Positions 31,425-32,000 of a DNA stretch of 32,000 nucleotides are shown in pieces. Made by a program: the position numbers and the translations under genes. The DNA is from Candidatus Saccharimonadota bacterium (GTDB lineage: Bacteria > Patescibacteriota > Microgenomatia > UBA1406 > GWC2-37-13), in assembly GCA_016700135.1 (NCBI GenBank), contig CP065004.1, forward strand, positions 540,001 to 572,000, given 5' to 3'. Each line of letters opens with the position of its first letter. The first letter of the stretch is position 1. A model generated the notes under the pieces. The model did not search any database. It worked only from the letters and a program-made list of their open reading frames with translations, and was not told the origin of the DNA.

Positions 31425-32000
31425 ATGTCACGTGTCAAGCTTACTGAATTTAAAGCAAAACAACTCCTTTTTCAAGAGTTAGGCAAAAATTATAAAGGAA
31501 TTGCAGTGACGAAAGAAGGTAAGTCTTACCGATTCTCCTCTTCTCTGTCCCAACTCTCTCCTAAAAAAGAGTACGCGGTAAAAGTAGATCAAGGAATCAA
31601 GGGCCGTATGAAAAAAGGGCTGGTGGCACTAAACGTTAAGAAATCGGATCTGCAGAATATATGTAACCTTTTTGCTCAGAAAGGCTTTACCCGATACCTT
31701 GTGGAAGAAATGCTGCCTCACGAGTCAGCTCAGGAAAAGTATATCTCACTTGAAAGAACCCGTGACGGAATTCTGGTGCGGTTTGCTGCTCAGGGCGGAA
31801 TTGATATTGAAAGTAATAAAGATAAGGTTCGGACTGTTGTGATAACTCATAATGCTCCTCTACCTGTACTGAAAGATCTTGGATTGAAGGCAGAAGAGTT
31901 TGAGGTAATGCGGGAATTATTCGAGAAAAATTATATTTCTTTCATGGAAATAAATCCGTTGGTCATCACTGAGTCAGGGATGCATGCTCTTGATTTAGCT
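31425..32000 (+). CDS. ATP-grasp protein, succinate-CoA ligase beta-subunit / citryl-CoA synthetase-like (partial; continues past the window end)
   Basis: My translation from ATG 31425 gives 192 codons open to the window end: MSRVKLTEFKAKQLLFQELG...KVDQGIKGRMKKGLV...YISLERTRDGILVRFAAQGGIDIE...FMEINPLV. It resembles the SucC N-terminus (L.EYQAKQL) and the EINPL motif. Confidence 0.7.
   Translation, partial: MSRVKLTEFKAKQLLFQELGKNYKGIAVTKEGKSYRFSSSLSQLSPKKEYAVKVDQGIKGRMKKGLVALNVKKSDLQNICNLFAQKGFTRYLVEEMLPHESAQEKYISLERTRDGILVRFAAQGGIDIESNKDKVRTVVITHNAPLPVLKDLGLKAEEFEVMRELFEKNYISFMEINPLVITESGMHALDLA

Noticed and set aside
1-32000. CRISPR arrays, rRNA genes, reverse transcriptase/retron/DGR components and TnpB/IscB-type nucleases
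   Set aside because: I looked for regularly spaced short repeats, rRNA-like conserved strings and RT (YxDD) or RuvC-type motifs in the listed ORFs and found none. The only repeats are the pilin-region duplication, the IS copies and the operator-like repeats.

Overview
Bacterial chromosomal window with tightly packed genes and moderate-to-low GC by eye. The gene content suggests a small-genome uncultured bacterium such as Patescibacteria/CPR, but that taxonomic guess is inference only. It rests on a Gram-positive-style pilus operon with a LytR_C protein, many small membrane proteins and an archaeal-type PEP carboxylase.

(1) 1-9.36 kb, minus strand: a type IV pilus operon. In transcription order it reads CheY-like receiver, PilB ATPase, PilC platform, four prepilin-like minor pilins (one is a 632-aa protein with LVIVD-type beta-propeller repeats), a LytR_C membrane protein, the major pilin, a second CheY-like receiver, and a membrane protein that runs off the window. 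A 271-bp tandem duplication spans the pilin 5' end and its promoter.

(2) 9.4-15.8 kb: two identical copies of a 715-bp IS1595-family (ISXO2-like) insertion sequence, each with its own 7-bp target duplication. One sits between an Hpt gene and the pilus operon. The other sits inside a large serine recombinase gene. Between them lie tRNA-Ala(GGC), a PIG-V-like GT-C glycosyltransferase whose ATG is out of frame at an A7/T7 tract, a PIG-L deacetylase and tRNA-Pro(GGG).

(3) 14.6-19.6 kb: an integrated element of about 5 kb abutting tRNA-Pro. It carries the IS-disrupted serine recombinase, a Nudix-like protein, a DUF4352-like membrane protein, an XRE repressor with operator-like repeats and three small unknown ORFs. 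A decayed copy of the tRNA 3' end lies at its far side.

(4) 19.6-32 kb: host genes. These are a GNAT / sensor-less histidine-kinase-like / polytopic membrane protein operon, a glycine-zipper stress protein, thiamine pyrophosphokinase, an aminotransferase, archaeal-type PEP carboxylase, dCTP deaminase, a secreted glycoside-hydrolase-like protein and a partial SucC-like ATP-grasp protein.

I found no CRISPR array, rRNA, reverse transcriptase or recognisable defence system. The most unusual items are the IS-inactivated tRNA-Pro element with its cargo, the pilin-promoter duplication and the giant pilin-like propeller protein.
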